64,000 nt of DNA from Terriglobia bacterium (GCA_046331665.1 JAXLQK010000023.1:36692-100691), one strand, 5' to 3'; shown: positions 22,046 through 34,137, numbered from the stretch's first letter. Program-made: numbers and translations. The notes: a model not told the origin generated them from the letters alone.

Positions 22046-22120
22046 AATTAATTGGGGGGATCGAGTCGCCGTCTCGTTCCCCCGTCCCATTCATCCGCGG
22101 GACTCTCAACCCTATCGATT

Positions 22121-23332
22121 CTACTTCCCCGCAACAAATACGACGCAGGCAGGTTTGGGGGCGTCAGCCACGACCCCGGTTGAAGATAATCTTCCAGTTT
22201 GCGCATCGATATTGAACACCACCAGATTGTTGGAATCCTGGTTCGCGGCAACAAGATACTTGCCGGAAGGTTCTATCCCAAAGTATCGAGGCGTCTTGCC
22301 AAGCGTCGGTTGATCCTGAATGGGAGACAGGGTCCCTTTTACCGGATCAATTTGAAAGACCGCAATGCTATCGTGACCCCGGTTCGAGCCATAAAGAAAT
22401 TTCCCCGAGGGATGGATCATGATTTCTGCCGTTGTATTCTTTCCATTGAAATCCGCGGGTAAGGTCGAGATTGTTTGGATTTCCGACAGAATCCCTCTCA
22501 CCGGGTCGTAGGAGAAGGCGGTAATGGTGGAGCTCAATTCGTTAATGACATAGGCGAAGTGAGCCTGAGGATGAAAGGCAAAATGACGCGGTCCCGCTCC
22601 TGGCTGGAGGGACACCGATGGCGGATTGTTCACGGCCAGGTTGCCGCGAGTCGAATTGAATTGGTAGACAAAAATCCTGTCAGCGCCCAAGTCTGGCACG
22701 ACGGAATAGCGATTGGCCGAGTCCAAATAGATCCCGTGAGGATGAGGCCCTTCCTGACGGGATGCATCAGCGCTGGATCCCTGATGTTCCAAAACGGTCT
22801 TTGCCTGACCAAGGCTTCCATCCGGTTGAACGGGAAGGGTTGCAACGCTGCCGCCATAATTGGCTACTAATACCGTTCTTCCGGTCCTGTCGACACTCAA
22901 GTGGCATGGATTCGCACCCTTTGAGGGTTGACGATTGATCAATTTGAGTTTCCCTGTACCGTGATCCAAAGCGAAGGCACTCACGGTCCCCCCCTTTTTC
23001 CCGTCGGTCTCTCCGACTTCATTTACCGCATACAAAAATCTGCCATTGGGATTCACGGCCAAAAATCCGGGGCTGATGGTCTCGCCCACCAATCCCAACG
23101 GAGCTAATTTCCCGCTGCTCAAATCCAGCCGGAAGCCATAGATTCCCTTACTCTCGCTGGGGGGAGTCGTGTAAGTACCAACATAGACCAGGAGCTCCGT
23201 CACCGGAGTCTTGGCAAGGGTTAAACCATGAAAGGCCGCCAGGCAGAGGAGAAAAGAACTCACACCGATCATGGCCAGGTGGGAAAACCGCCTTTTAGAC
23301 TTCGTCGAAACGATGACTGAGGACATGCCCAT
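22121..23332 (-). CDS. Lactonase family protein (7-bladed beta-propeller; 6-phosphogluconolactonase-like)
   Basis: 403 aa. Signal peptide. Repeated YVGTY/YAVNE/GYPTH propeller-blade motifs typical of PF10282. Confidence 0.75.
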   Translation of the reverse strand: MGMSSVIVSTKSKRRFSHLAMIGVSSFLLCLAAFHGLTLAKTPVTELLVYVGTYTTPPSESKGIYGFRLDLSSGKLAPLGLVGETISPGFLAVNPNGRFLYAVNEVGETDGKKGGTVSAFALDHGTGKLKLINRQPSKGANPCHLSVDRTGRTVLVANYGGSVATLPVQPDGSLGQAKTVLEHQGSSADASRQEGPHPHGIYLDSANRYSVVPDLGADRIFVYQFNSTRGNLAVNNPPSVSLQPGAGPRHFAFHPQAHFAYVINELSSTITAFSYDPVRGILSEIQTISTLPADFNGKNTTAEIMIHPSGKFLYGSNRGHDSIAVFQIDPVKGTLSPIQDQPTLGKTPRYFGIEPSGKYLVAANQDSNNLVVFNIDAQTGRLSSTGVVADAPKPACVVFVAGK

Positions 23333-23392
23333 TTTTCCTTTCTTCCTTTTTTGAAAATATATTGTTGTGTGAACTCCACGCCATTGCCGCGA

Positions 23393-24898
23393 TCAGGAAT
23401 CCTTGGATTGCTTGTCGGCAGATTCTTGAGAACGCAATGCACTGTGCTTAAATCCATAGGAAAAATAAATCGCGATTCCGATCGCCATCCAAATGATCAA
23501 TCGCTCCCAAGTCTCTCTTGGCAAGCTCGCCATCAGAACCAAACTGACAAGAGCCGAAAGCGCAGGGATCAGCGGCACCAGAGGTGTCTTGAACGGCCGC
23601 TCAAGCTCCGGCCGTCTGTATCTTAAGAAAATGACTCCAATCGAGACGATCACGAACGCCATCAGCGTTCCAATGCTCACCAGCTCCCCGAGAATCTTGA
23701 TGGGAGTGAATCCAGAGGCAATGGCGACAGCGAACCCGGTAACGATGGTCGTCACATAGGGCGTGCGGAATCGAGGATGCACCTTTTTTGCCCAGGCGGG
23801 AAGCAGGCCATCGTTGGCCATGGAAAAAAAGATGCGCGGCTGGCCTAAAATCATCACCACCATCACCGAGCTGAGTCCTGCCAAGGCCCCAAGTTTCACA
23901 ATAACAGGCATCAGTTTCAAGAAGCCCTGCCAGGAAGTTCCCAAAGCCGCGTTGTTGGCTGCATCGATCGCCACTGCCATTGGGGCAGCAACCCCAAGCT
24001 GGGTGTAGGGTACCAACCCAACCATGACACCGGAGACCAGCACGTAGAGCAGGGTGCAAATAATCAATGATCCCAAAATGCCAATCGGCATATCGCGTTG
24101 GGGGTTCTTGGCTTCCTGGGCTGCCGTGGAAACCGCATCAAATCCAATGTAGGCAAAGAAAATGACGGCGGCCCCGCGAAAGATTCCACTCCAGCCATAC
24201 TCGCCAAACTTTCCGAGATTTTCAGGAATGAACGGATGCCAGTTGGCGGAATTCACGAAACGAGCCCCGGCCACAATTACGGCAATAACGACGAACACCT
24301 TTACAATCACAATGACGCTGTTGACATTAGCCGACTCCTGGATGCCAATCACCAGCAAGACCGTCACGGCAATTGTCACCAGAACCGCCGGCAGATTAAA
24401 CACCGCCGTAACCGTACTCCCGTCAGCCAACGCAACCAGAGTTCCGGGAGCGGCACTCAACGCCGGGGGAAACTGAATCCCCAGATCCCGCAGGATGCTG
24501 ATCAAATAGCCCGACCAGCCAACTGCGACGGTAGCCGCGCCCAAGGCATATTCCAGGATGAGGTCCCACCCGATGATCCAGGCTACGAATTCACCCAAGG
24601 TGGCGTAACCGTAGGTGTAAGCGGAACCCGCAATGGGCACGGTGGAAGCAAATTCAGAATAGCAGAGCCCCGCCAGGGCGCTTACTACCCCTGCTAAAAC
24701 CATCGAAAGGACGATGGCCGGCCCGGCGTGGGCGGCGGCCGCCTGCCCGGTTAAAACGAAAATGCCGGTGCCAATGATCGCACCGATCCCGAGCGTGACC
24801 AAATTTACGGGGCCAAGGACGCGTCTGAGGCTGTGCTCGCCGCTCGAAGCGGCTTCCAGCTTGATTCGCTCAATGGACTTGGTCGCAAATATCGACAT
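23393..24898 (-). CDS. Amino acid permease (APC superfamily, cationic amino acid transporter-like)
   Basis: 501 aa. Twelve or more TM segments. APC signature regions (GIGAIIGTGIFVLTG, FAYIGFD). Confidence 0.85.
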   Translation of the reverse strand: MSIFATKSIERIKLEAASSGEHSLRRVLGPVNLVTLGIGAIIGTGIFVLTGQAAAAHAGPAIVLSMVLAGVVSALAGLCYSEFASTVPIAGSAYTYGYATLGEFVAWIIGWDLILEYALGAATVAVGWSGYLISILRDLGIQFPPALSAAPGTLVALADGSTVTAVFNLPAVLVTIAVTVLLVIGIQESANVNSVIVIVKVFVVIAVIVAGARFVNSANWHPFIPENLGKFGEYGWSGIFRGAAVIFFAYIGFDAVSTAAQEAKNPQRDMPIGILGSLIICTLLYVLVSGVMVGLVPYTQLGVAAPMAVAIDAANNAALGTSWQGFLKLMPVIVKLGALAGLSSVMVVMILGQPRIFFSMANDGLLPAWAKKVHPRFRTPYVTTIVTGFAVAIASGFTPIKILGELVSIGTLMAFVIVSIGVIFLRYRRPELERPFKTPLVPLIPALSALVSLVLMASLPRETWERLIIWMAIGIAIYFSYGFKHSALRSQESADKQSKDS

Positions 24899-25043
24899 GT
24901 ACTCCTCCGATCGCGAATTTTCCTGCAGTTACCCTGCGCGCCTTCGACATCCAAGCGAGGTTTCGAATAATCTCCCGGATCGCTCCTCTGCGAGGGTTGC
25001 GATCGGTACGCGTCTCGTCTCATCAACGGTCCCAGGCCCGCCG

Positions 25044-26525
25044 TCATGCATCCAGGGGACGGTCCTGTTTTCGATTCCAGTACAGATAAGCCGGCAGGCC
25101 CAGAAAAACAATGGCCAGACCAGGCCAGGAGTTCTTTGGGTCTCCCACCAGGTTGCACACGAGGACGATGATCGCCAGCACCACGTAACAAATCGGAAGA
25201 TAAGGATAACCGATCGTGGCATAGGGCCGCTCCAGATCTGGACGGGCTCGGCGCAGTACAATCACTCCATAGACCGTCAGGACATAAAAAAGCAAAGCGG
25301 CGGAAATGACGTAACTGAGAAGCTGGCCGTACGTGCCACTGAGAGTCAATAGCGAAGCCCAAAGCGCTTGCAGAGCCAGGGATTTGATGGGCGTTCGATA
25401 ACGAGGATGAATCTCGGCAATTTTTGCAAAAAAAAGGCGATCCCGGGCCATCGCATAATAGACCCTTGGTCCCGACAGAATAATACCGTTCAAGCAACCG
25501 AAGGTGGAGACCAAAATGGCAAATGAGACCAGCTGATTGCCCACGGGCCCCAGCACCGCATTGGCCACTGTGGCTGCAATCTTGTCTGTCTTGGCGATTT
25601 CGCCTACAGGCAAAACATGCAGGTATCCAATATTAACCAGCACATAAAGCAATGTGACCAGAAGCGTTCCACTGAAGAGAGCCAGCGGCAATGTTCGGGC
25701 AGGATTCTTAACCTCACCGGCGGTGAACGTCAGGTTATTCCAGGCATCCGCCGAGAATAGGGAGCCAATCATGGCCACCCCCAGGAGGAGTGCGAGGTTG
25801 AAAATCGTGGATTCCGAATCCCATAAGGGAGACGCTGAAAATCTGAACTGACTCACAATTTGCTGAATTCCCCTGGAGTCCGGAAAGAAGGGCAAAAAGT
25901 GAGACCACTGGCCTGCAGTAAAACTTACTCCCAGTATGATGAGCGCTAACAAAGCAAAAATCTTGAGGAGGGTGAAGACATTTTGGACTTTGGCTCCCAG
26001 ACGGATGCCAAAACAATTGATGAAGGACAAGAGCAGGATCACCGCGACAGCAACCACCTGTTTCAAGTCGATCACCACGACGCGTCCCAGCCATTGAGTT
26101 TGAAACAAAACGTGGGAGAGAGGAACGAAAACAGCCAGGTACCTGGCAAATCCTACAGCCACGGCGGCAATCGTGCCGGATTGAATGACGAGAAAGAGCG
26201 TCCACCCATAAAGAAAACCCCAAAGGCGGCCATACGATTCTTTGAGGAAGACATATTGTCCTCCTGCCTTGGGCATTGCCGCGGAAAGCTCCGCATAACT
26301 AAGCGCACTCATGACCGTCATGATACCGCTTAGGATCCAAACGAAGAGAAGCAATCCTGGAGATTGAACGGCTTTGGCAATTTCCGAGGAAACGATAAAA
26401 ATTCCGGAGCCTACCATGGAACCCACGATGAGCATCGTGGCATCCAGGATGCCGAGCCCCTTGACTAATTCAATTTCAGCAACTTTGCCCGTAAGCTTCT
26501 CCCGAAGAAAGGGGATTGGAATCAA
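25044..26525 (-). CDS. Amino acid permease (APC superfamily)
   Basis: 493 aa. APC signature (MLIVGSMVGSGIFIVSSEIA). A paralog of the upstream permease, on the same strand. Confidence 0.85.
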   Translation of the reverse strand: MIPIPFLREKLTGKVAEIELVKGLGILDATMLIVGSMVGSGIFIVSSEIAKAVQSPGLLLFVWILSGIMTVMSALSYAELSAAMPKAGGQYVFLKESYGRLWGFLYGWTLFLVIQSGTIAAVAVGFARYLAVFVPLSHVLFQTQWLGRVVVIDLKQVVAVAVILLLSFINCFGIRLGAKVQNVFTLLKIFALLALIILGVSFTAGQWSHFLPFFPDSRGIQQIVSQFRFSASPLWDSESTIFNLALLLGVAMIGSLFSADAWNNLTFTAGEVKNPARTLPLALFSGTLLVTLLYVLVNIGYLHVLPVGEIAKTDKIAATVANAVLGPVGNQLVSFAILVSTFGCLNGIILSGPRVYYAMARDRLFFAKIAEIHPRYRTPIKSLALQALWASLLTLSGTYGQLLSYVISAALLFYVLTVYGVIVLRRARPDLERPYATIGYPYLPICYVVLAIIVLVCNLVGDPKNSWPGLAIVFLGLPAYLYWNRKQDRPLDA

Positions 26526-26688
26526 CGCACAGTTCTGCCTCTAGATGGATCTTGCCATCCCTGTTCATCCCCGACAGGTAGCGTGAAACTCTGACAAATC
26601 CTAACAGGTTAAAAACATTTTGGAAAGAGTGGCGGGAACAAAACCGGATGGGACCAAGTTCTTAGGAACAACGAATAAACCCGGGCTC

Positions 26689-27807
26689 TTATAACGAACT
26701 CCAAACCTTGGGAAGAAACAATTTTTCGTAAAGGCGAATGGCATAACGGTCAGTCATCCCAGCCACAAAGTCGGCTACTCTTTGCTCGAGAGGGTCCTCT
26801 TCTCGATGTAGTTTCGGCAGGAAGGAATCAGGATGCTGGAGAACGTAGGAAAAGACGTCATTGAGAATCTTCTTTGCTTTGAGGAATTCGGCCTGCGGAA
26901 TGCTTAGTTCATAAACTGTTTGATAGAGAAACTGGCGGAGGTCCAGCATCGCCTTCAATACATCTTCAGACATCGTAATCATCTGAAGGCCCACCTTCAA
27001 GCTTGAATGGATCACGTCGCTGACGAGAGTGTTGATGCGATGAGAGTGGGTGTCTCCAAGCTTCTGGACAATGGGTCGCGGGATGTTTTCAGGTTGTATG
27101 AGTCCGGATCGAACGGCATCGTCCAAATCATGATTGACGTAAGCAATGATATCGGAAACCCGGACCACCTGCCCTTCCAGAGTGGCGGGTCTTCCCTTAT
27201 CCTGCTTCGTAAAGACCGCTCCCGATCCTTTGGAGTGCTTGACGATGCCATCTCGCACCTCCCAGGTCAGATTGAGGCCTTCGCCGTTGGATTCCAGCTT
27301 TTCGACAACCCGCAAACTTTGTTCATAGTGTCGAAATCCACCCGGGACAATCTCGCTCAAGATGGCTTCTCCGGCATGGCCAAAGGGCGTGTGGCCCAAA
27401 TCATGCCCCAGGCCAATGGCTTCCGTGAGATCTTCATTCAGCCTGAGAGCCCGGCTGATGGTCCGGGCAATCTGCGTCACCTCAAGAGTATGCGTCAGGC
27501 GGGTTCGATAATGATCCCCTTCTGGAGAGAGGAAGACTTGCGTCTTGTGCTTTAGCCGTCGGAAGGTTTTGGAATGGAGAATCCGGTCGCGATCGCGTTG
27601 ATAGCCCGTACGGATGGGGCATTCCTCTTCGGGTTTCTCGCGCCCCCGGGTTTGAGCGCTCCTGGCAGCTTGCGGAGCCAAAATCGTTTCTTCACGTGAC
27701 TCCATGAATTGGCGGATGGGAGTGTTCATGAGGAAGTTGCAGGAAGGTGAATCAGCTGAAGTCCAAACCGCTCGCAACAGGAGTGGTTTGCCTCCTGGTT
27801 CCGGCAT
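26689..27807 (-). CDS. dgt: dGTP triphosphohydrolase-like HD-domain protein
   Basis: HD motif [13 protein letters not shown], with N- and C-terminal regions typical of dGTPase. Confidence 0.85.
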   Translation of the reverse strand: MPEPGGKPLLLRAVWTSADSPSCNFLMNTPIRQFMESREETILAPQAARSAQTRGREKPEEECPIRTGYQRDRDRILHSKTFRRLKHKTQVFLSPEGDHYRTRLTHTLEVTQIARTISRALRLNEDLTEAIGLGHDLGHTPFGHAGEAILSEIVPGGFRHYEQSLRVVEKLESNGEGLNLTWEVRDGIVKHSKGSGAVFTKQDKGRPATLEGQVVRVSDIIAYVNHDLDDAVRSGLIQPENIPRPIVQKLGDTHSHRINTLVSDVIHSSLKVGLQMITMSEDVLKAMLDLRQFLYQTVYELSIPQAEFLKAKKILNDVFSYVLQHPDSFLPKLHREEDPLEQRVADFVAGMTDRYAIRLYEKLFLPKVWSSL

Positions 27808-27855
27808 CCGTGCTGAATTGCCGGGGAGGTCACCCCAAGGTCGAAGTGACCATTT

Positions 27856-28569
27856 TTACCGGGACAGTTGCTTCAATTTCTGCTCGGCATCACTCGCGTA
27901 AGGAGTGCCGGGGAAATCTTTAATGACCCGCTGATAAAGCTTGGTGGCTTCCGCCAACTGATTCTGATGCTCATAAAGCTTGGCCAGATAAAGAAGAGCC
28001 ACGCTATTCGGGGCGGCCGAGGTGTCATCAGATACAATTCTCTGATAGGCCTCGATGGCTTTGGCCGTATTTCCCGAATTCTCGTAGATGGAAACAAGCG
28101 CCTGCAGGGCCAGAGCACCGTAATCCGACTTTTCCTTACTCAAAGGTTCCAGTTCCCGAATGGCCTGGTCTGGTTTATTGAGATCTCTGAGGCAGAGACC
28201 CGCATAGTATTGTGCGATTTTGCCTGCCGAACGCGAGCCATAACTAGAACTGACGGATTGGAACTGAGCGAGCGACTTTTCGAGTCTTTCGTTGGCAGTG
28301 GGAAAGGTCAAATCGAAATAAGGAGCCTCGGGAGATCCCGTCAGCGGAGCGTGGTAAATCTTCAAGGCCGCGCTCAAGGCCTCTTTCGATTTCTCATCCT
28401 GAGCCGCCAGACCATAGCGAATCCCAAAATACCCAACCAAAGCCAGCGCAACCACCCCAGCACTGATGAGAACCTCTTTCCGACGGGTCAAAAAGAGATC
28501 GCGGCTTTTTTCGATAAAAAGCAGGAAATGGTCTTCCTTTAAGATTTCATGTCTCGTCAAACGCGCCAA
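27856..28569 (-). CDS. Tetratricopeptide-repeat membrane-anchored protein
   Basis: 237 aa. One N-terminal TM helix, then TPR-like repeats (LALQALVSIYENSG, LLYLAKLYEHQNQ). Confidence 0.7.
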   Translation of the reverse strand: MARLTRHEILKEDHFLLFIEKSRDLFLTRRKEVLISAGVVALALVGYFGIRYGLAAQDEKSKEALSAALKIYHAPLTGSPEAPYFDLTFPTANERLEKSLAQFQSVSSSYGSRSAGKIAQYYAGLCLRDLNKPDQAIRELEPLSKEKSDYGALALQALVSIYENSGNTAKAIEAYQRIVSDDTSAAPNSVALLYLAKLYEHQNQLAEATKLYQRVIKDFPGTPYASDAEQKLKQLSR

Positions 28570-29030
28570 AGAATTGCCTCCAAATTAAGGTCAGGGAAGT
28601 GGATTAAACAGGGAGGATTCATCACCGGGACTTCAAGAAAATGCCCGTCATCCATGCAAAAGTCAAACCGGCATGTTACCAATTAGGGGAATCCCTGTCA
28701 AATTGTGGATCCAGGAGAACCGACTCAGAGGTTCAGGCAAGGCAACCTTATTTTTGAAAAACGCGGACCTTCTCCATGGCTTTGAGAAGGATGGTTAGGA
28801 ATACCCAGTTTAAAAGCAAGGCGGCATCGAGGGAGAGCAGTGTTACAATGAACAAAAAACCCGCGGCATTCAGTGCATTCATTATGAATCTCCCTCCAGC
28901 TCTCGAATTCAATTTCGCTGTCCTTCTTTTCGGTCAACGGGACAGCAGCATTTATTAAAAATTTTGTCGACGTTCCGGAATAATGGTAAATACTAGCGGG
29001 ACTCGACCTTGGCTCTTCCCCAGATAAACC

Positions 29031-29612
29031 GTGCAACGCAATTCATGCGTTGGGCCTGGAAAGAGCCCAAAATTGAGCAACCAAGGATTGGAAAGGGAAG
29101 AAGACATGACACAATCTGAGCTTAATGAACTATTTGGATATAATGCCTGGGCCAATCAGCAGGTGATTGAGGCTATCTTAAAAATCACCAGCGAGCAGTT
29201 TACGAGGAACCTGGGAGGAAGCCATGGCTCGATCCGGGGGACCCTGGCACATCTGGCCGGAGCCGAGCAGATCTGGCTGGAGCGATGGCAGGGAAAAGCC
29301 GGGAGCAAGTTTCCTCCGGAAGAAGAATTTGACTCCATCCAACGCAGCACCTCCCGCCTGGCCGAAATCGACCGGAACCTGGTGGAATTTATGCGTCAGT
29401 TTCCGGAGTTAAACCTTGAAAAGGTAGCAACTTACACGGCGACGGACGGCAAGAGCCATTCCAACGTCTACCGGCACATGTTTTCTCATATGATCAATCA
29501 TTCCAGCTATCATCGGGGTCAATTGGCGGCTCTCCTCCGCCAGGCTGGGGCCGTTCCCAATTCAACAGACCTGATCAGGTATTACCGTCAACTTAAGCCG
29601 CCCGTTGCCTAG
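29031..29612 (+). CDS. DinB-family (DinB_2 / YfiT-like four-helix-bundle metalloenzyme) protein
   Basis: 193 aa. DinB_2-like N-terminus (NAWANQQVIEAI...SHGSIRGTLAHLAGAEQIW) and a conserved His triad. Confidence 0.7.
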   Translation: MQRNSCVGPGKSPKLSNQGLEREEDMTQSELNELFGYNAWANQQVIEAILKITSEQFTRNLGGSHGSIRGTLAHLAGAEQIWLERWQGKAGSKFPPEEEFDSIQRSTSRLAEIDRNLVEFMRQFPELNLEKVATYTATDGKSHSNVYRHMFSHMINHSSYHRGQLAALLRQAGAVPNSTDLIRYYRQLKPPVA

Positions 29613-29654
29613 CGTTCGCCGTTTCCTAACTGTCTGACCAAACAGGAGATTTTT

Positions 29655-30648
29655 GTGTTGGCCTCAAGAATCCTAGCCACGGGATCCTTTCTACCCAGTC
29701 GAGTAGTGACTAATGCTGATCTGGAGAAGTTGATGGATACCACTTCAGAATGGATCGAGCAGAGGACAGGCATTCGCGAGCGCCGTTTTGTGGACGAGGG
29801 AGTGGGTACGGCTGACTTGGGCCTTCAAGCAGCTCGACGAGCGTTGGAATCTGCCGGCCTGGGGCGGATGACCTAGATTTCATCATCTTTTCCACCCTCA
29901 CCCCTGACTATACATTTCCCGGTTCCGGCTGCCTGCTTCAGGAGAAGTTGGGAATTCCTCCCATCGGGGCCCTGGATGTCCGTAATCAGTGTTCGGGATT
30001 CATCTATGGTCTTTCCATCGCCGACCAATACATCAAGAGTGGCATGTACCAGCGGATTCTCGTCGTCGGAGCTGAGGTTCAGTCTACCGGCCTCGAATTG
30101 AACACCCATGGAAGAGATATGGGAGTGCTTTTTTGGGGATGGCGGAGGTGCCGTTATCATGGGTCCGGCTGGCGAGGGTGAAGGACGCATCCTGTCGACC
30201 CACTTGCATGCCGAAAGGGAAATTGCCAAGAAGCTCTGGCTGGAAGCGCCAGCTTCCATTCATCAACCGAGAATCACCGAAGAAATGCTTCGTGAAGGCC
30301 GCCATTACCCGCAAATGGATGGCCGGTTTGTCTTCAAACACGCCGTGGAACGGCTTCAGCAGGTCGTCCATGAGGCGTTAGCTGCCCATGGATGAAGTCA
30401 AAGACATCGGGATGTTGATTCTCCATCAGGCCAATCTTCGCATCGTCGAGGCCGTCCTCCATGCCCTTAACCTTCCCCGGAAAAATCCTTCCATAATATA
30501 GAGAGCTACGGAAACACCACGGCTGCTTCGATTCCCATAGCTCTCGATGAAGCGGTTCGTTCGGGCCGAATTCGAAAAGGGGATTTGGTCGTACTGGCGG
30601 CTTTCGGCTCTGGATTTACCTGGGCCGCGGCCATTCTTCGCTGGTGAC
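29655..30648 (+). pseudogene. fabH: 3-oxoacyl-ACP synthase III (FabH), interrupted by about four single-base frameshifts
   Basis: FabH homology is continuous across four reading frames. EWIEQRTGIRERRF and DLDFIIFSTLTPDY are split at about 29877. CSGFIYGL and FGDGGGAV are split at about 30125. A further split lies at about 30396. HQANLRI and [19 protein letters not shown]...[13 protein letters not shown] are split at about 30470. Every break falls at a homopolymer run. Confidence 0.8.
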
Positions 30649-30957
30649 GATTGGCAGCTCTTGGAGACGCCGCGCCCTCGCGGCGAATTCCCAAAGATTT
30701 TGGGTAGAACGCGAGCGTGGGACTGTCCGTCCCCCGCGTGCGTTTAGATCAGCCTGCGTTGGGGCAAATTGAGACGTGGGCGTCCCTTCTCCATTCGCAT
30801 TTTTCCCAGCGTGGAGCTCTGACACCTTGAATCAGAAGCTCAATCTGGATCTGCTGCCCTATCTTGACGCACTCGGAGGATTCAACTATAGTGGCTGCTC
30901 CACAGTTGGCCTTCTGTAGCGCCGCTGTACTTCGCAGAAATGCCGCACCATCCTTAT

Positions 30958-31045
30958 GCCGGAGTGGCGGAATTGGCAGACGCACTAGACTCAAAATCTA
31001 GCGATGGTCACCCATCGTGGGGGTTCAAGTCCCCCTCCGGCACCA
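30958..31045 (+). tRNA. tRNA-Leu (anticodon CAA), class II with long variable arm, CCA encoded
   Basis: GCCGGAG...CTCCGGC acceptor stem. D-arm GGCGGAATTGGCAGACGC. Anticodon stem-loop CTAGA-CTCAAAA-TCTAG. Long variable arm. T-arm GGGGGTTCAAGTCCCCC. Ends in ACCA. Confidence 0.9.
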
Positions 31046-31258
31046 AGCCAATCTACAGCTCAAGCTGAATTTTGGCGCCCAGCCGAAACCCCAATAATTT
31101 GATTAGCAAAAATATCGGTGTCAGTTGGCATTCTGTATTACCCCGTGTTTTTTTGACTCCGTTGAGACTCTTCTATTCAATGTTGCGATCTGAACTTGCT
31201 CTGCCCGTGCTCACAACAGGACGTCAGCTTTGATAAGATAAATTTAGCGACGTCGACT

Positions 31259-31674
31259 CAGATGCAGATTATGGTGCAGTGCACACCATTTCTCTTATTT
31301 GACGGGAATTGTGCTGAAGCGATGACGCTTTACCAGAAAGTGCTTCGGAGAATTGCGAACTCACGAAACTGGGGATACTCCCGTAAGCCAAGTTCCCGAC
31401 CGAAAAACATAACAGTTGTATGCTCATCTAAAAAGTGGCGCCATAGAATTTCAGCAACAGATTGGCTGCATCCTACCGTTCAAAACAAGGGAATACTGTA
31501 TGCATGTATATTACGAGCGGAATATATAGTGAGTTAAAACTGATTTTCAGCAAACTTTCAGAAGGAGCAAATAAGGAGCCCTTGGCGAGTTGCGAAGTGC
31601 CATTTGGAGCTTATGGGCACCTGGCCGACAAATATGGAGTTCATTGGTTTTTCAGAGGAGAACCGGCCAAATAG
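31259..31674 (+). pseudogene. PhnB-like / 3-demethylubiquinone-9 3-methyltransferase-domain (glyoxalase superfamily) gene remnant, frameshifted, in a low-GC islet
   Basis: The N-terminal signature (CTPFLLFDGNCAEAMTLYQKVL) and the C-terminal signature (EVPFGAYGHLADKYGVHWFF) lie in different frames. Local GC is about 45% against about 57% elsewhere. Immediately 3' of tRNA-Leu. Confidence 0.55.
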
Positions 31675-31922
31675 AATTTGATGTTTCCGATCAGGCAGAG
31701 CCAACTCTTAACAGGCCCCCTTGGCTGAGAGATAGGGTCAAACTCGACCTTAGGCTATTCTTTTCTATAGTGGGCAATGGCGCGAAGAATCCTTGGCCGC
31801 GTCGCTCATGACACCTTCAGAGAGAAAAAACGCCGGGAAGCAAGGCTGGAAAGGGACCTTGCGTGTCGGGGCGCAGCCTATCCCGGCGAACCAATGGATG
31901 CCAAAGAAAGCAAGCCAACACC

Positions 31923-33633
31923 TTACAAAGCCGCCGTGACTTCGTCCTCTGGATAGGCAAGCATCCCGAATTGCGGGACATCGAGACCTTCCAGCTCCAC
32001 GGCAGGATCTACACGCATGGATTTGATCTTATTCACCACGGAAAACACGACGTAGGTCGTTCCGAACGCCCAGATCGCACACAGTGTTGCTCCGAAAAGC
32101 TGGCAGATAAACTGATTCGTGTCGCCATGCGGCAAACCAGTGACGCCCTGACCGGCCTTCCCGAGGTACGTTGACGCTCCCACGCCGTTCCATCCTGCCC
32201 CATAGGTCCCATCGGCAAAGACCCCCACGCAGACGGCACCTAACCAGCCACAGAAGCCATGCACCGAAATCGCTCCACAGGGGATTCATCAATCTTAGTC
32301 ACCCGCTCATTAAACAACACACCCAGGCAGACGAGGATTCCGGCCATTACTCAATGATCACTGAGGAAGTAGGAGATACAAAAGCGCAAGGAGCGGTGAT
32401 GGCCACCAGACCCGCCAGCATTCCATTACAGGCCATCGTGACGTCGGGCTTGCCGAATTTCCAGTACCAGAAGAGCAACGCCGTCGCAGAGCCTGCAATG
32501 GCGGCCAGATTGGTGTTTATGGCCACGACTGAAATTCTCAGATCCGTGGCGCCCAGGGTCGAACCCGGATTGAATCCCATCCATCAAACAGCAGAATGAA
32601 GGTGCCGGTCACCACGAAGGCAAGGTTATGGGCGGGAAAGGCTGGGCTTCCCATCTGAACCATATTTACCCTGCGCGGGCCGAGAATGATGGCAACGCCA
32701 TCGCGCAGAACCCTCCACTGCGTGGACCACCGTCGATCCGGCGACGTCGACATAGCCGTGGCCCAAATTCAGCGTCGTACCCACCTGTGACAGCCATCCC
32801 CCGCCCCAGACCCAGCATCCGAAAATCGGATAGAGGAGTCCTCCGACGAAGATTTCACAAAGCAGGAATGCCCAAAACGTAATGCGTTCGCAGATCGCGC
32901 CCACAATGATGTAGCCAGCCGTTTCCATGAATACGACTTCAAACAAAGTCAGACACATGCTCCCCGAATCGTAGCCAGGACCGCTCAAGAAGAAACCCTT
33001 GCCGCCCAGGAATCCCCAGAGCCCGTCCCCAATCAGAAACTTATTCAAGGTCGGTGTCCCTCCAAGATTTGTGGGGGCAGCATTCACAGCCACCGCTCCA
33101 AATTGAAAAGCATAACCAACGGCATAGTAGGCAAGGAAGGCAAAGACATAGGCCGCGAAGTTCAGCATCATAAGGTGGCCCGCATTCTTTTTTCGGACCA
33201 AACCGCAGGTCAACAGGGCAAATCCTGCCTGCATGAAGAGCACCAGGTACCCCGTCGACAAGGTCCACGAAAAATTCGCGGCGATCCGGAGATGCCCCAC
33301 GGTATCTGCCAATTTGATAGCCAGAGGCTCCTTGGCGGCTTGGGCCTGAAAATCTTCAAAATCCTTCTTTTTCTGAGAATAATCGGGTGCTGATTTGTCC
33401 GACGGCTCGGCAACGACGAATGAAGTTCCTGACGCATCGATGGCATTCGTGCGGTCACCAGTGGCGATACCTGCCGGGTCTGGCTGAGGTCCCTGATCCG
33501 CGAAACATGGCATCACCGGTCCTCCAATTATCCAAGCGGCAAGGAGGGCTGTCGCCCAATACGCCCATCGAACTCTCAAGATCGAGCTTGCTTCTTTTCG
33601 CGCATGCATCCTTTGACCCTTATCCTTCGCCAT
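31923..33633 (-). pseudogene. amt: Ammonium transporter (Amt family), interrupted by two frameshifts
   Basis: Three consecutive frames carry contiguous Amt homology. They cover the N-terminal signal and TM1-7 (ORF 32626-33717), the middle region (32347-32580) and the C-terminus with GFCGWLGAVCVGVFA and LEGLDVPQFG (31923-32264). Breaks are near 32700 and 32300. Confidence 0.8.
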
Positions 33634-33735
33634 TTTTTCTCTCCTCTCACAAGTTAATTGCGCCGAAGCGCTGCATGGAAGTCTTGAATCAACTGAAATG
33701 CCGCCTACTTGTTTCATGGATCTCTGAATGCCTCT

Positions 33736-34137
<402 letters not shown>

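Noticed and set aside
22199-22870. Two plus-strand ORFs of 87 and 131 aa
   Set aside because: Antisense within the lactonase gene. No support.
24098-24697. 199-aa plus-strand ORF
   Set aside because: Antisense to the APC amino-acid permease. Its composition is an Arg/Gly-rich translation of the antisense strand.
28725-29155. Small minus-strand ORFs between the TPR gene and the DinB gene
   Set aside because: Short, overlapping, no RBS or motif. Treated as intergenic.
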